From IMG/VR virus record IMGVR_UViG_3300026097_000876, positions 62,001 to 126,000 of that record: 64,000 nucleotides of DNA; one strand, written 5' to 3'. This document shows positions 1 to 7,047 of the stretch, piece after piece. The notes beneath the pieces are model-generated. The model was not told the DNA's origin, did not search any database, and saw only the letters and a program-made list of their open reading frames with translations. The first letter of the stretch is position 1. Every line of letters starts with the position of its first letter. The translations under genes and the position numbers were made by a program.

Positions 1-2
1 AT

Positions 3-368
3 ATGCAAAACTTTACACAAGCAGCACTTGCAGACGTGCAAGCACTAGTTAACACTTACGCTAATATTGCGGGCGATTACGAAGCAACGCTGTTATGCGG
101 CGTATGGCACTACATGTGCGACAGCGGCATATACACAGACGCATTTAGCGAAGCAGATGCGGAGTATGTAGAAGCGCACTACGACAACAATGTGCAATAC
201 TACAACGACGACGATTGCGGCTACACAGACGCATTTTATGCTGTAATATTTGACGACGATAAATTGCAATGCAATGCAGTGTTACAAGCACAAGATGCAA
301 TTGCAAACAAGCATAATTTGCATAACGAAGATGTTGCACGTATGTGTATGCAACTAGAAGCAAGTTAA
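3..368 (+). CDS. Early hypothetical protein, acidic, 121 aa
   Basis: ORF from ATG at 3; followed by an early promoter; D/E-rich; no Pro. Confidence 0.75.
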   Translation: MQNFTQAALADVQALVNTYANIAGDYEATLLCGVWHYMCDSGIYTDAFSEADAEYVEAHYDNNVQYYNDDDCGYTDAFYAVIFDDDKLQCNAVLQAQDAIANKHNLHNEDVARMCMQLEAS

Positions 369-381
369 TTGTAAAAAACAC

Positions 382-410
382 TTGACAGCAGCATGCTTTT
401 GTAGTATGCT
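382..410 (+). promoter_or_regulatory. Early sigma70-type promoter
   Basis: TTGACA(382-387)-17 bp-TATGCT(405-410); GAGGGC RBS at 438. Confidence 0.8.
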
Positions 411-448
411 GCTGCATATACACTAAAAAATTGCAAAGAGGGCAAACT

Positions 449-901
449 ATGCAATACAACAAGATTTTTACAAACTGCGCTGTAGTAAGCGACGAGAATT
501 TTGACTTGCTTACAGCAGAACAGCTAGAAGCATTTACACAAGCGGAACGTGCTTTTGTGCTTGTGTTTTTAGCAGACACACTTGCAAACTTGACACAGGT
601 TAACGCAGACTGTGCAGTAGAAAACGACAACTACTTTGTGCGACTAGCGGATGCGCAGGAGGTTATGCAAAATTTGCAAATGCTGTACGACACACTAGAC
701 GACAGCGACGACTGTACAAATATACAGTTTACGCTAGCGGATGCGGGTGCTGCGCTGTGTAGTTACGACACAGAATACAGGGAATGCATAGCGGAGCAAT
801 TTGAAGACGCATGCGACAACGCTGCTAAACTTGCAAAGCAAACTGGCAACACAAACGCAGACTACAGCACACTTGCTGTGCGTGTGCTGTGTAGTTATTA
901 A
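449..901 (+). CDS. Early hypothetical protein, acidic, 150 aa
   Basis: ATG 449 after GAGGGC RBS (ORF track starts at TTG 431). Confidence 0.8.
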   Translation: MQYNKIFTNCAVVSDENFDLLTAEQLEAFTQAERAFVLVFLADTLANLTQVNADCAVENDNYFVRLADAQEVMQNLQMLYDTLDDSDDCTNIQFTLADAGAALCSYDTEYRECIAEQFEDACDNAAKLAKQTGNTNADYSTLAVRVLCSY

Positions 902-908
902 AAAGGGG

Positions 909-937
909 TTGACAAATGTGTTTATGTGTGCTACTAT
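909..937 (+). promoter_or_regulatory. Early sigma70-type promoter
   Basis: TTGACA-17-TACTAT; GAGGGC at 963. Confidence 0.8.
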
Positions 938-973
938 GTACACATAAACAATTAATTGCAAAGAGGGCACGCT

Positions 974-1177
974 ATGCAAAAACTAAACGAAAAAGCACTA
1001 CAGCAGTGGAACGCAACACGGCGTTTTATGCGTACACTAGACGAAGCGCAGCTGCATTTATTAATAGCGGCGCTAGACGGCGACAACAAGTTGCAAGTTA
1101 CGCAAACGCTAGTAGACAGCGCATATGACGCAATAGACGACAACATGCGCAAACAATATGCACAACACTTAAAATAG
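974..1177 (+). CDS. Early hypothetical protein, 67 aa
   Basis: ATG 974 after GAGGGC RBS. Confidence 0.8.
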   Translation: MQKLNEKALQQWNATRRFMRTLDEAQLHLLIAALDGDNKLQVTQTLVDSAYDAIDDNMRKQYAQHLK

Positions 1178-1180
1178 GGG

Positions 1181-1208
1181 TTGACAACTGTGCATATTGT
1201 GTTATACT
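1181..1208 (+). promoter_or_regulatory. Early promoter, -10 enclosed in an 11-bp inverted repeat
   Basis: TTGACA-16-TATACT with TGn extension; AACTGTGCATA(1186-1196)/TATGCACAGTT(1210-1220). Confidence 0.8.
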
Positions 1209-1241
1209 GTATGCACAGTTAAACAATATAGAGGGCACTAT

Positions 1242-1502
1242 ATGCAAAACACTACATACTATCCTGCCGCAGTCGCAAACGTTATAACACATTACGCACA
1301 AGCAATTGCACGTGCTAGTTATGACAGCGTAGTGGAAGCAGGCGACTACAGCATAACAGACAACTGTGCAAAAATACAGTACCTGTTGTCTGCTAGTGCG
1401 CAACACACCTCAGTTAAAAGTCTAGCAGTTGCCGCACTAAACAGCGCAGAGGATACAGTGCTGCGCGAATGCATGTACACACAATTAATGCAACACGCAT
1501 AA
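1242..1502 (+). CDS. Early hypothetical protein, 86 aa
   Basis: ATG 1242 after GAGGGC at 1231. Confidence 0.8.
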   Translation: MQNTTYYPAAVANVITHYAQAIARASYDSVVEAGDYSITDNCAKIQYLLSASAQHTSVKSLAVAALNSAEDTVLRECMYTQLMQHA

Positions 1503-1527
1503 TCTAAATAAGAATCATTTGCATTTA

Positions 1528-1558
1528 GGAGGCTGTAAATAATTACAGTCTTCTTTTT
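1528..1558 (+). terminator. Rho-independent terminator
   Basis: GGAGGCTGTAA-ataa-TTACAGTCTTC followed by a T run. Confidence 0.65.
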
Positions 1559-1570
1559 GCAAATTAGGGG

Positions 1571-1599
1571 TTGACAGGCGCAACCTTTGAGACTATACT
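1571..1599 (+). promoter_or_regulatory. Early sigma70-type promoter
   Basis: TTGACA-17-TATACT. Confidence 0.85.
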
Positions 1600-1635
1600 G
1601 TATAAACAATGAAGCATTAGAGAGAGGGTTTTGAA

Positions 1636-1920
1636 ATGCGAGTAGTTGAGCAATATGGCATGTTTACCGACGCTGGTGACAAGATGGTAGACCGCATAGT
1701 ACGTGCCGCACTCCAGTTGGGGCAAGAGCAGGCAGCTACCAATGCCGATGTGTGGGGATTTGCATATCGCGAGTTGGAGAAGCTCCAGACCAGCTTAGAG
1801 TTCTCGGAAGCAACAGACACCGTAGTACGTGAGGAAGTGTTCTCAGCACTGTGGGACAACCTTCCAGGATTTAATCTAACAGAAGAAGAGTACTGGTTCT
1901 TTGTTGAGGAGACAGCGTAA
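1636..1920 (+). CDS. Early hypothetical protein, 94 aa
   Basis: ORF after GAGGGT RBS. Confidence 0.8.
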   Translation: MRVVEQYGMFTDAGDKMVDRIVRAALQLGQEQAATNADVWGFAYRELEKLQTSLEFSEATDTVVREEVFSALWDNLPGFNLTEEEYWFFVEETA

Positions 1921-2081
1921 TGATGAATCAATATTTCGTTTACTATGATGGTCGGTTCCAAGGAACTGTGATGGCACTGAGTGAACAGAGTGCAAAGCAA
2001 AAGGCCGGACAGATGGTTGGTGTGAGTGCAAGTGCCTACACCGGCCGAGCAAGTCGTTTGGTAGAGGTAGTAAGACGATGA
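1920..2081 (+). CDS. Small hypothetical protein, 53 aa (MMNQYFVYYDGRFQG...)
   Basis: Read by hand; TAATG coupling upstream and ATGA coupling downstream; below the ORF-track cutoff. Confidence 0.65.
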   Translation: MMNQYFVYYDGRFQGTVMALSEQSAKQKAGQMVGVSASAYTGRASRLVEVVRR

Positions 2082-2320
2082 AATTTCTATTGCTGAGCAC
2101 AGCACTGATGGGAAGCGAACCCATGCTGTACCAAGACCGTGCGGTTTGCGTGGAGGCCGCAGAGAAGATCACTCTGAGCATGGGACTGGGCGAAGCGACT
2201 TGTATCCCCGCACCCATGAACCTGCAACAGGATCCACAAACAGTATTCGAGAACATGATCAAACTGATAAACAGCCAAAAGCAGTTGACAGACACTAAAC
2301 CAGGTGCGCCGATAAACTAG
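2078..2320 (+). CDS. Hypothetical protein, 80 aa, hydrophobic N-terminus and two Cys
   Basis: ORF track; ATGA overlap. Confidence 0.7.
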   Translation: MKFLLLSTALMGSEPMLYQDRAVCVEAAEKITLSMGLGEATCIPAPMNLQQDPQTVFENMIKLINSQKQLTDTKPGAPIN

Positions 2321-2323
2321 GGG

Positions 2324-2352
2324 TTGACAACTCGGGGTGCTCTTGCTATACT
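2324..2352 (+). promoter_or_regulatory. Early sigma70-type promoter
   Basis: TTGACA-17-TATACT. Confidence 0.85.
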
Positions 2353-2377
2353 AGTTTCACAGTTAGGAGGGCATCCA

Positions 2378-2542
2378 ATGGCTAAGAAAGTTCGTACACC
2401 GCAGAAACCTAAACCACGCAACTGGGTTGCCAAGTCCGTCCGTGACCTAGACGGTCCTTATCGTCCTCGAGCAGAACGGGATCGCACCAAGTTCACTCGC
2501 AAGAAAAAACATAAAAAAGAGGTTGACAACGATCCTAGTTGA
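2378..2542 (+). CDS. Small basic protein, 54 aa (MAKKVRTPQKPKPRNWVAK...)
   Basis: ATG 2378 after GGAGGGC; K/R-rich. Confidence 0.7.
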   Translation: MAKKVRTPQKPKPRNWVAKSVRDLDGPYRPRAERDRTKFTRKKKHKKEVDNDPS

Positions 2543-2551
2543 TCATATACT
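2523..2551 (+). promoter_or_regulatory. Early sigma70-type promoter overlapping the 3' end of the upstream ORF
   Basis: TTGACA-17-TATACT. Confidence 0.85.
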
Positions 2552-2582
2552 GTATATAACAGTTAGGGCATTGGAGGGCAAC

Positions 2583-2864
2583 ATGGCATACTACACTTAC
2601 ACCCAAGCACCGATAGGTTGTTTCGTAGAGCGGGACACCGGCAATTACTTTGAGTATAGCCTCAACGAAGAATGCTATGACAAGCCCATGGCCATCTTTC
2701 CACACAAGGTATGGGTAGGTGGAGAAGGCGTATGCGGCATGACTGGCTGGCGCTATGCAATCGTCAAGAAGACTGTGGCAACTGTTGTGGTAGACGAAGA
2801 CGAGTATGGTTATCCTGTGCTAGAGAAATGGAAGCTCAAGTCCAACAAGGAGTATGCGGTATGA
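2583..2864 (+). CDS. Early hypothetical protein, 93 aa
   Basis: ATG 2583 after GAGGGC. Confidence 0.8.
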   Translation: MAYYTYTQAPIGCFVERDTGNYFEYSLNEECYDKPMAIFPHKVWVGGEGVCGMTGWRYAIVKKTVATVVVDEDEYGYPVLEKWKLKSNKEYAV

Positions 2865-3049
2865 TTAGGATCTTCAACTCAGCTTACCCAGGCACAGACA
2901 CCAAACTGTCACTGGAAGAAGTCAACATTGTCACACAGCAGATTGACTGGATGGGCCGTCCTTTCATTATGTTTGAGCACAGTGACTATCCACTGGGCGC
3001 TGTGGTCGCAACCTTTGATGGAGAATATTGGCAGGCTGATCTAGATTAG
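2861..3049 (+). CDS. Hypothetical protein, 62 aa (MIRIFNSAYPG...)
   Basis: ATGA overlap with upstream stop; AGGAG RBS. Confidence 0.7.
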   Translation: MIRIFNSAYPGTDTKLSLEEVNIVTQQIDWMGRPFIMFEHSDYPLGAVVATFDGEYWQADLD

Positions 3050-3052
3050 GGG

Positions 3053-3081
3053 TTGACAAACCCAGCCGTTGAGCATATACT
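3053..3081 (+). promoter_or_regulatory. Early sigma70-type promoter
   Basis: TTGACA-17-TATACT. Confidence 0.85.
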
Positions 3082-3113
3082 GTATAGACACTGAAGCATT
3101 AGAGGGCAATCAA

Positions 3114-3434
3114 ATGCAAGCACAAATCGAAAAACTCATCCAAGACATCAAAGACAACTACGCTGAGTTCTGTGATCGTGAAGACATGGTCACTGCGTTC
3201 AACGAAGGTGTTACCGCCAAAGCTGGTAAGAAGTATGTGAAGATCCTCAAGAAGCTGGGATCGCAGACAATGGTGTGGGGTTTCATCGTAAATGTAGATG
3301 ACGATAAGAAGTTCCGCAAGGGCGACTTGTTGATGGCGGCGGGCTTCAATGCTCCTGCTCGTAACAAGCCGCGTGGTAACATCCTAGACGGTGGATATAC
3401 TATTCGTTGGACCGGTCCGGGGTACTTGAAATGA
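3114..3434 (+). CDS. Conserved phage hypothetical protein, 106 aa
   Basis: ATG 3114 after GAGGGC; GKKYVKI...APARNKPRGN...WTGPGYL pattern resembles a family I recall from T4-like phages. Confidence 0.75.
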   Translation: MQAQIEKLIQDIKDNYAEFCDREDMVTAFNEGVTAKAGKKYVKILKKLGSQTMVWGFIVNVDDDKKFRKGDLLMAAGFNAPARNKPRGNILDGGYTIRWTGPGYLK

Positions 3435-3538
3435 GAGAGTACAACGAGAAAGCGGTAGAGCGAGAGATCCGAAAGGATCCTCGCATCAAGGGCAAAGAAG
3501 CCAAACTCATTAAGGCACTGTTAAAGGGACGCAAGTAA
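3431..3538 (+). CDS. Small basic protein, 35 aa (MREYNEKAVER...)
   Basis: Read by hand; translationally coupled at both ends. Confidence 0.6.
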   Translation: MREYNEKAVEREIRKDPRIKGKEAKLIKALLKGRK

Positions 3539-3750
3539 TGGCTTTGGAAACTCTACAGGAGACCACTGAAGGTCTCCACCCTCATACCTATCTCGTGGAC
3601 AACACCAAAGGCAAGATGTATGCCTATAGACGAGAGGACGGAGAGATCAATGTATTCTCCAAGCCGCTGACGTTTGGAAAAAAATACAGAAAGTTTAATA
3701 AAGTGGTTGACAACGAACTCGAACGAGCATATACTATATATAACAGTTAG
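3538..3750 (+). CDS. Hypothetical protein, 70 aa
   Basis: ORF track; TAATG coupling. Confidence 0.75.
   Translation: MALETLQETTEGLHPHTYLVDNTKGKMYAYRREDGEINVFSKPLTFGKKYRKFNKVVDNELERAYTIYNS
3707..3735 (+). promoter_or_regulatory. Early sigma70-type promoter inside the upstream ORF
   Basis: TTGACA-17-TATACT. Confidence 0.85.
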
Positions 3751-3768
3751 GGCAAAGAGGGAATACAC

Positions 3769-3942
3769 ATGCAAGGCACAATCCGAATCGTAGCAGGCTT
3801 CTTCCTTATGTTAGGCGGCGTAGGCGCCATCGAAAGCAACACAGAAGTCACAGTTCCGCTAGATAGCTTGGCAATTGCTGTTGCGGGTTTGGTTATTATG
3901 GCAAGCGGTGCATTGGCCGCGGCTCGACAGGAGACAGTGTAA
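3769..3942 (+). CDS. Small membrane protein, 57 aa, two predicted TM helices
   Basis: Read by hand; ATG after GAGGGA; MQGTIRIVAGFFLMLGGVG...LAIAVAGLVIMASGALAAA. Confidence 0.7.
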   Translation: MQGTIRIVAGFFLMLGGVGAIESNTEVTVPLDSLAIAVAGLVIMASGALAAARQETV

Positions 3943-4142
3943 TGGAAACGGTAACAGTCTACAAAGACTCATATGATCAACTTTGTGAAGAGCGGAATGC
4001 TGCCAGCTATAACTTGGCCACGCTCAAAGGTATGCTGATCGGCCTAAGCGGCTACTGTGATGAGCATCCGCAGATTGTATCGGACCGCATTAAAGAAATT
4101 GCACAAAAACTTGAATTAGAGGTTGACATCTCTAAACTTTGA
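3942..4142 (+). CDS. Hypothetical protein, 66 aa
   Basis: ORF track; TAATG coupling. Confidence 0.75.
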   Translation: METVTVYKDSYDQLCEERNAASYNLATLKGMLIGLSGYCDEHPQIVSDRIKEIAQKLELEVDISKL

Positions 4143-4151
4143 TCGTATACT
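4123..4151 (+). promoter_or_regulatory. Early sigma70-type promoter
   Basis: TTGACA-17-TATACT. Confidence 0.85.
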
Positions 4152-4187
4152 GTATAGACAATGTTAAACAACGCGAGGGCAAACGCA

Positions 4188-4346
4188 ATGGATTACAGAG
4201 ATTACGCAATTGAAATGGTTGAAGACGGCATAGTAGATCCTATGATGATGCTTACGGCCGCTCTCAAATATATGAGCCAAGACGACGTTCGTGATATGCT
4301 TACAGCGAACGAACTGGACTCACGCTTCGAAGAGGAGGACGCATAA
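4188..4346 (+). CDS. Hypothetical protein, 52 aa
   Basis: ATG 4188 after GAGGGC. Confidence 0.7.
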   Translation: MDYRDYAIEMVEDGIVDPMMMLTAALKYMSQDDVRDMLTANELDSRFEEEDA

Positions 4347-4831
4347 TGCCTAACTGGTGCATGAACAATGCAGACATCACAGCCACAACAGAAGAGCAGA
4401 AGGCACTGTTGTATCGTGTAAGCACAGCAGAAGCCGCAGACGGATTCTTCGAACTGCTTCGTCCACTGGGAGAGTGGGACTACAATAACTCAGTGGACAA
4501 CTGGGGAACCAAGTGGGATGTAGAACCTCTGAGTATGGAATACGATGGCACAACACTCACAGCATCGTTCGACTCAGCCTGGGCACCACCAGTGGCACTG
4601 TATGAGTATTTGAAAGAACAGGGCTTCGAAGTATCAGCCAACTATTACGAACCCGGCATGGACTTCGCAGGCGAGTGGACGGATGGTGATGACTTCGTGT
4701 TAGAGGATGTAGCAGAACTTGCTCGTGGTGATGAGAGTGCTCTGAGCAAACGCGAATACGACATCCTGGAGCAATGGGGCATCTTTGAAGACGTTGCCAT
4801 GTGGGATGAAGAACTTCAGGAAATAGATTAA
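4346..4831 (+). CDS. DUF1281/YubB-like ferredoxin-fold protein
   Basis: MPNWCxN, WGTKWD, FDSAWAPP, YYEPGMDFAG motifs. Confidence 0.7.
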   Translation: MPNWCMNNADITATTEEQKALLYRVSTAEAADGFFELLRPLGEWDYNNSVDNWGTKWDVEPLSMEYDGTTLTASFDSAWAPPVALYEYLKEQGFEVSANYYEPGMDFAGEWTDGDDFVLEDVAELARGDESALSKREYDILEQWGIFEDVAMWDEELQEID

Positions 4832-4841
4832 TTAAAGTTAT

Positions 4842-4918
4842 CTCCGCGTAGCTCAGCTGGATAGAGCATGGGATTTCTAATCCCAGGGTCGCAGGTTCGA
4901 ATCCTGCCGCGGAGGCCA
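4842..4918 (+). tRNA. trnR: tRNA-Arg(UCU)
   Basis: Cloverleaf; anticodon loop TTTCTAA; GGTTCGAATCC T-arm; encoded CCA. Confidence 0.95.
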
Positions 4919-4924
4919 AATTTA

Positions 4925-5011
4925 GCTCCCTTGGTGGAATAGGTAGACACAAGAGACTTAAAATCTCTCGCTGGAAACAGTGTCCCGGTTCGAGTCCGGG
5001 AGGGAGCACCA
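4925..5011 (+). tRNA. trnL: tRNA-Leu(UAA)
   Basis: Long variable arm; loop CTTAAAA; encoded CCA. Confidence 0.95.
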
Positions 5012-5017
5012 AGTTAA

Positions 5018-5093
5018 GGACCTATAGCTCAGTGGTTAGAGCACCCCACTCATAATGGGTTGGTCCCTGGTTCGAGTCCAGGTGGGTCCACCA
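5018..5093 (+). tRNA. trnI: tRNA with CAU anticodon, most likely Ile2 (lysidine, reads AUA)
   Basis: Loop CTCATAA; body closely resembles bacterial tRNA-Ile2 (AGCTCAGTGGTTAGAGCA...CTCATAAT...TTGGTC.CTGGTTC); CCA end. Confidence 0.85.
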
Positions 5094-5111
5094 ATACAAA
5101 GGAGAAGACGA

Positions 5112-5381
5112 ATGTCAATTTACGAAGTGTCACCGGAATACAAGAAGCTATGCCACGTCGGTGCTGATATGCAGGACTGGTCCGAGAACTATGGTAAGCT
5201 CCACGGACTGAAAGATGTCACGGACGATGGTTTACGCATGCTCAATCAAATGAGCCAAGTAGGCTGTATGCTCACACGTTTGGGCACTACCTTTGGCACA
5301 ACTGAGAAGAGCTTCACAGATGAAGACAAGCAATTAATTTCAAAATTTATGCAGAATAAGGTTGACATCGAGCGCAAGTGA
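5112..5381 (+). CDS. Hypothetical protein, 89 aa
   Basis: ATG 5112 after AGGAG. Confidence 0.75.
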   Translation: MSIYEVSPEYKKLCHVGADMQDWSENYGKLHGLKDVTDDGLRMLNQMSQVGCMLTRLGTTFGTTEKSFTDEDKQLISKFMQNKVDIERK

Positions 5382-5390
5382 CCATATACT
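5362..5390 (+). promoter_or_regulatory. Early sigma70-type promoter
   Basis: TTGACA-17-TATACT. Confidence 0.85.
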
Positions 5391-5422
5391 ATATATAACA
5401 GTTAGGGCAAAGGGCAATCCAA

Positions 5423-5818
5423 ATGACAACACTTCTTCAGCACATCGAATCTCTTAACGCAAAAGCAGACCTTATGATGGAGCAGGAGCCAGGCCTGTGG
5501 ATGAGCAAGTACACAGACGACATGAGCTTCTGGGCTGACATGGGAGTCTACACTGTAGAGGACTTCAAGCGCAGCCAACTGATCGATGGCATTAGTGATG
5601 CGTCTAAGGATCTCAACGGATGTCGTTTGCGCCTCAACTGGGATGTGATGAGCATGGAAGAACTAGAAGATACTTACGACAGCATCTGTTCTGCACTGAA
5701 CCGCCAGTTCGAAGCTGAGCAGGAAGCAGAGGCTTATGAAGCAGAACTGCGCAAAGGGTTGTCAGACAACTGTGAGCCACTACCCTACGAAGAATACGCA
5801 GACTTGGAGGCAGTGTAA
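5423..5818 (+). CDS. Acidic hypothetical protein, 131 aa
   Basis: ORF track; AAGGGC RBS. Confidence 0.8.
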   Translation: MTTLLQHIESLNAKADLMMEQEPGLWMSKYTDDMSFWADMGVYTVEDFKRSQLIDGISDASKDLNGCRLRLNWDVMSMEELEDTYDSICSALNRQFEAEQEAEAYEAELRKGLSDNCEPLPYEEYADLEAV

Positions 5819-5994
5819 TGATCAACTTGATAATTGGATTTGTGTTAGGGGCACTGTACATGAACGGAACCCTTGCTGAGTTTGGAGACATCATGTTGAA
5901 CCTTGTGAACAGCACAGCAGAGCAAGTGTCAGCGGCTACTGAGCCAACCACACTAGAAAAATTAGAACAGAAAATGGTTGACCTAACTGACTAA
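5818..5994 (+). CDS. Small protein, 58 aa, N-terminal TM or signal segment
   Basis: Read by hand; MINLIIGFVLGALYM...; TAATG coupling. Confidence 0.65.
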   Translation: MINLIIGFVLGALYMNGTLAEFGDIMLNLVNSTAEQVSAATEPTTLEKLEQKMVDLTD

Positions 5995-6006
5995 AGGTCG
6001 TATACT
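5978..6006 (+). promoter_or_regulatory. Early sigma70-type promoter
   Basis: TTGACC-17-TATACT; TGAGGGCA RBS at 6026. Confidence 0.8.
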
Positions 6007-6036
6007 TAAACAATAGCAAAACACATGAGGGCAACC

Positions 6037-7047
6037 ATGCAGAACATTAGAATTTTAGAAGGCACTTACAAGATCCGCGGCAAAGAAGTTGAACTGGCCG
6101 GAATGGTATTTCCACTGGTAGAAGAGTTCAAGGTTGGTGCGGGCGGCGGCTACGTAACGGTGAATGGTGCAACGGTCGCAGGCTTTCCGGACCGCAACAT
6201 CAAGATCAAATGCGAGAGCGCACAGTCATACGAGATTGTAGACAGCTCCGTAGCCGTCGTCCAGCGTGAGGAGACCGATGAAGAGACTATCGATCGCCTG
6301 CGTGAACGTTTCGACATGTTGGAGGAGATGACCAAAGCCTGCAAGAAAGGCGATGTACGTGCAATGATTGTGAGTGGCCCTCCAGGTGTTGGTAAGAGTC
6401 ACGGTGTAGAAAAAGTACTAGGCAAGCACGATCTTCTAGCAGAGATTGCCAACGACGAGAAGCTGAAGAAGTACGAAGTGGTCAAGGGCGCGATGAGTGC
6501 GATTGGTTTGTATGTAAAGCTATACAAGATGGCAGACAAAGACAACGTGGTAGTGTTCGATGACTGTGACAGTATCTTTTCAGATGAACTCAGCCTTAAT
6601 ATTTTAAAAGCGGCACTGGACACAAAGAAGACACGTCGCATCTGTTGGAACACTGACAGCTTCAAGCTGCGCAACGAAGGTGTGCCAGATAGCTTTGAGT
6701 TCAAAGGTAGTGCGATCTTTATCACCAACATCAAGTTCGACAACGTCAAGAGCAAGAAGATGCGTGATCACCTAGAAGCACTTGAAAGCCGTTGCCACTA
6801 TGTTGATCTAACAATCGACACAGAGCGAGAGAAGATGTTGCGCATCAAGCAGATTGTTACCGACGGTATGCTGGACGAATACAGATTCGACGAAGAAGTA
6901 CATCAAGAGATTGTAGACTTTGTTGATATTAATAAGAAGCGACTGCGTGAGCTGTCATTAAGAACAGTGTTGAAAGTCGCCGACTTAGCCAAAGCATTTC
7001 CCAGCAATTGGGAAGCGATGGCAGAGAACACAGTGATGAAACGTTAA
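6037..7047 (+). CDS. AAA+ P-loop ATPase
   Basis: Walker A GPPGVGKS; Walker B VVVFDDCD; sensor-1 FITN; SRC motif. Confidence 0.85.
   Translation: MQNIRILEGTYKIRGKEVELAGMVFPLVEEFKVGAGGGYVTVNGATVAGFPDRNIKIKCESAQSYEIVDSSVAVVQREETDEETIDRLRERFDMLEEMTKACKKGDVRAMIVSGPPGVGKSHGVEKVLGKHDLLAEIANDEKLKKYEVVKGAMSAIGLYVKLYKMADKDNVVVFDDCDSIFSDELSLNILKAALDTKKTRRICWNTDSFKLRNEGVPDSFEFKGSAIFITNIKFDNVKSKKMRDHLEALESRCHYVDLTIDTEREKMLRIKQIVTDGMLDEYRFDEEVHQEIVDFVDINKKRLRELSLRTVLKVADLAKAFPSNWEAMAENTVMKR

Noticed and set aside
1-1262. Diversity-generating retroelement as the cause of the odd composition
   Set aside because: No reverse transcriptase or TR/VR pair seen, and DGRs mutate adenines rather than removing YC dinucleotides.
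2285-2290. TTGACA as an additional early promoter (also at 7711-7716)
   Set aside because: No -10 box at 16-18 bp; at most a degenerate remnant.
4557-5012. 151-aa minus-strand ORF
   Set aside because: It is the antisense reading of two tRNA genes and the upstream CDS (LPPGLEPG and AAGFEPAT are typical tRNA shadows).
5018-5093. tRNA-Met call for the CAU tRNA
   Set aside because: It lacks the initiator C1:A72 mismatch and the GGG/CCC anticodon stem, and its body resembles Ile2. Elongator Met is not fully excluded.
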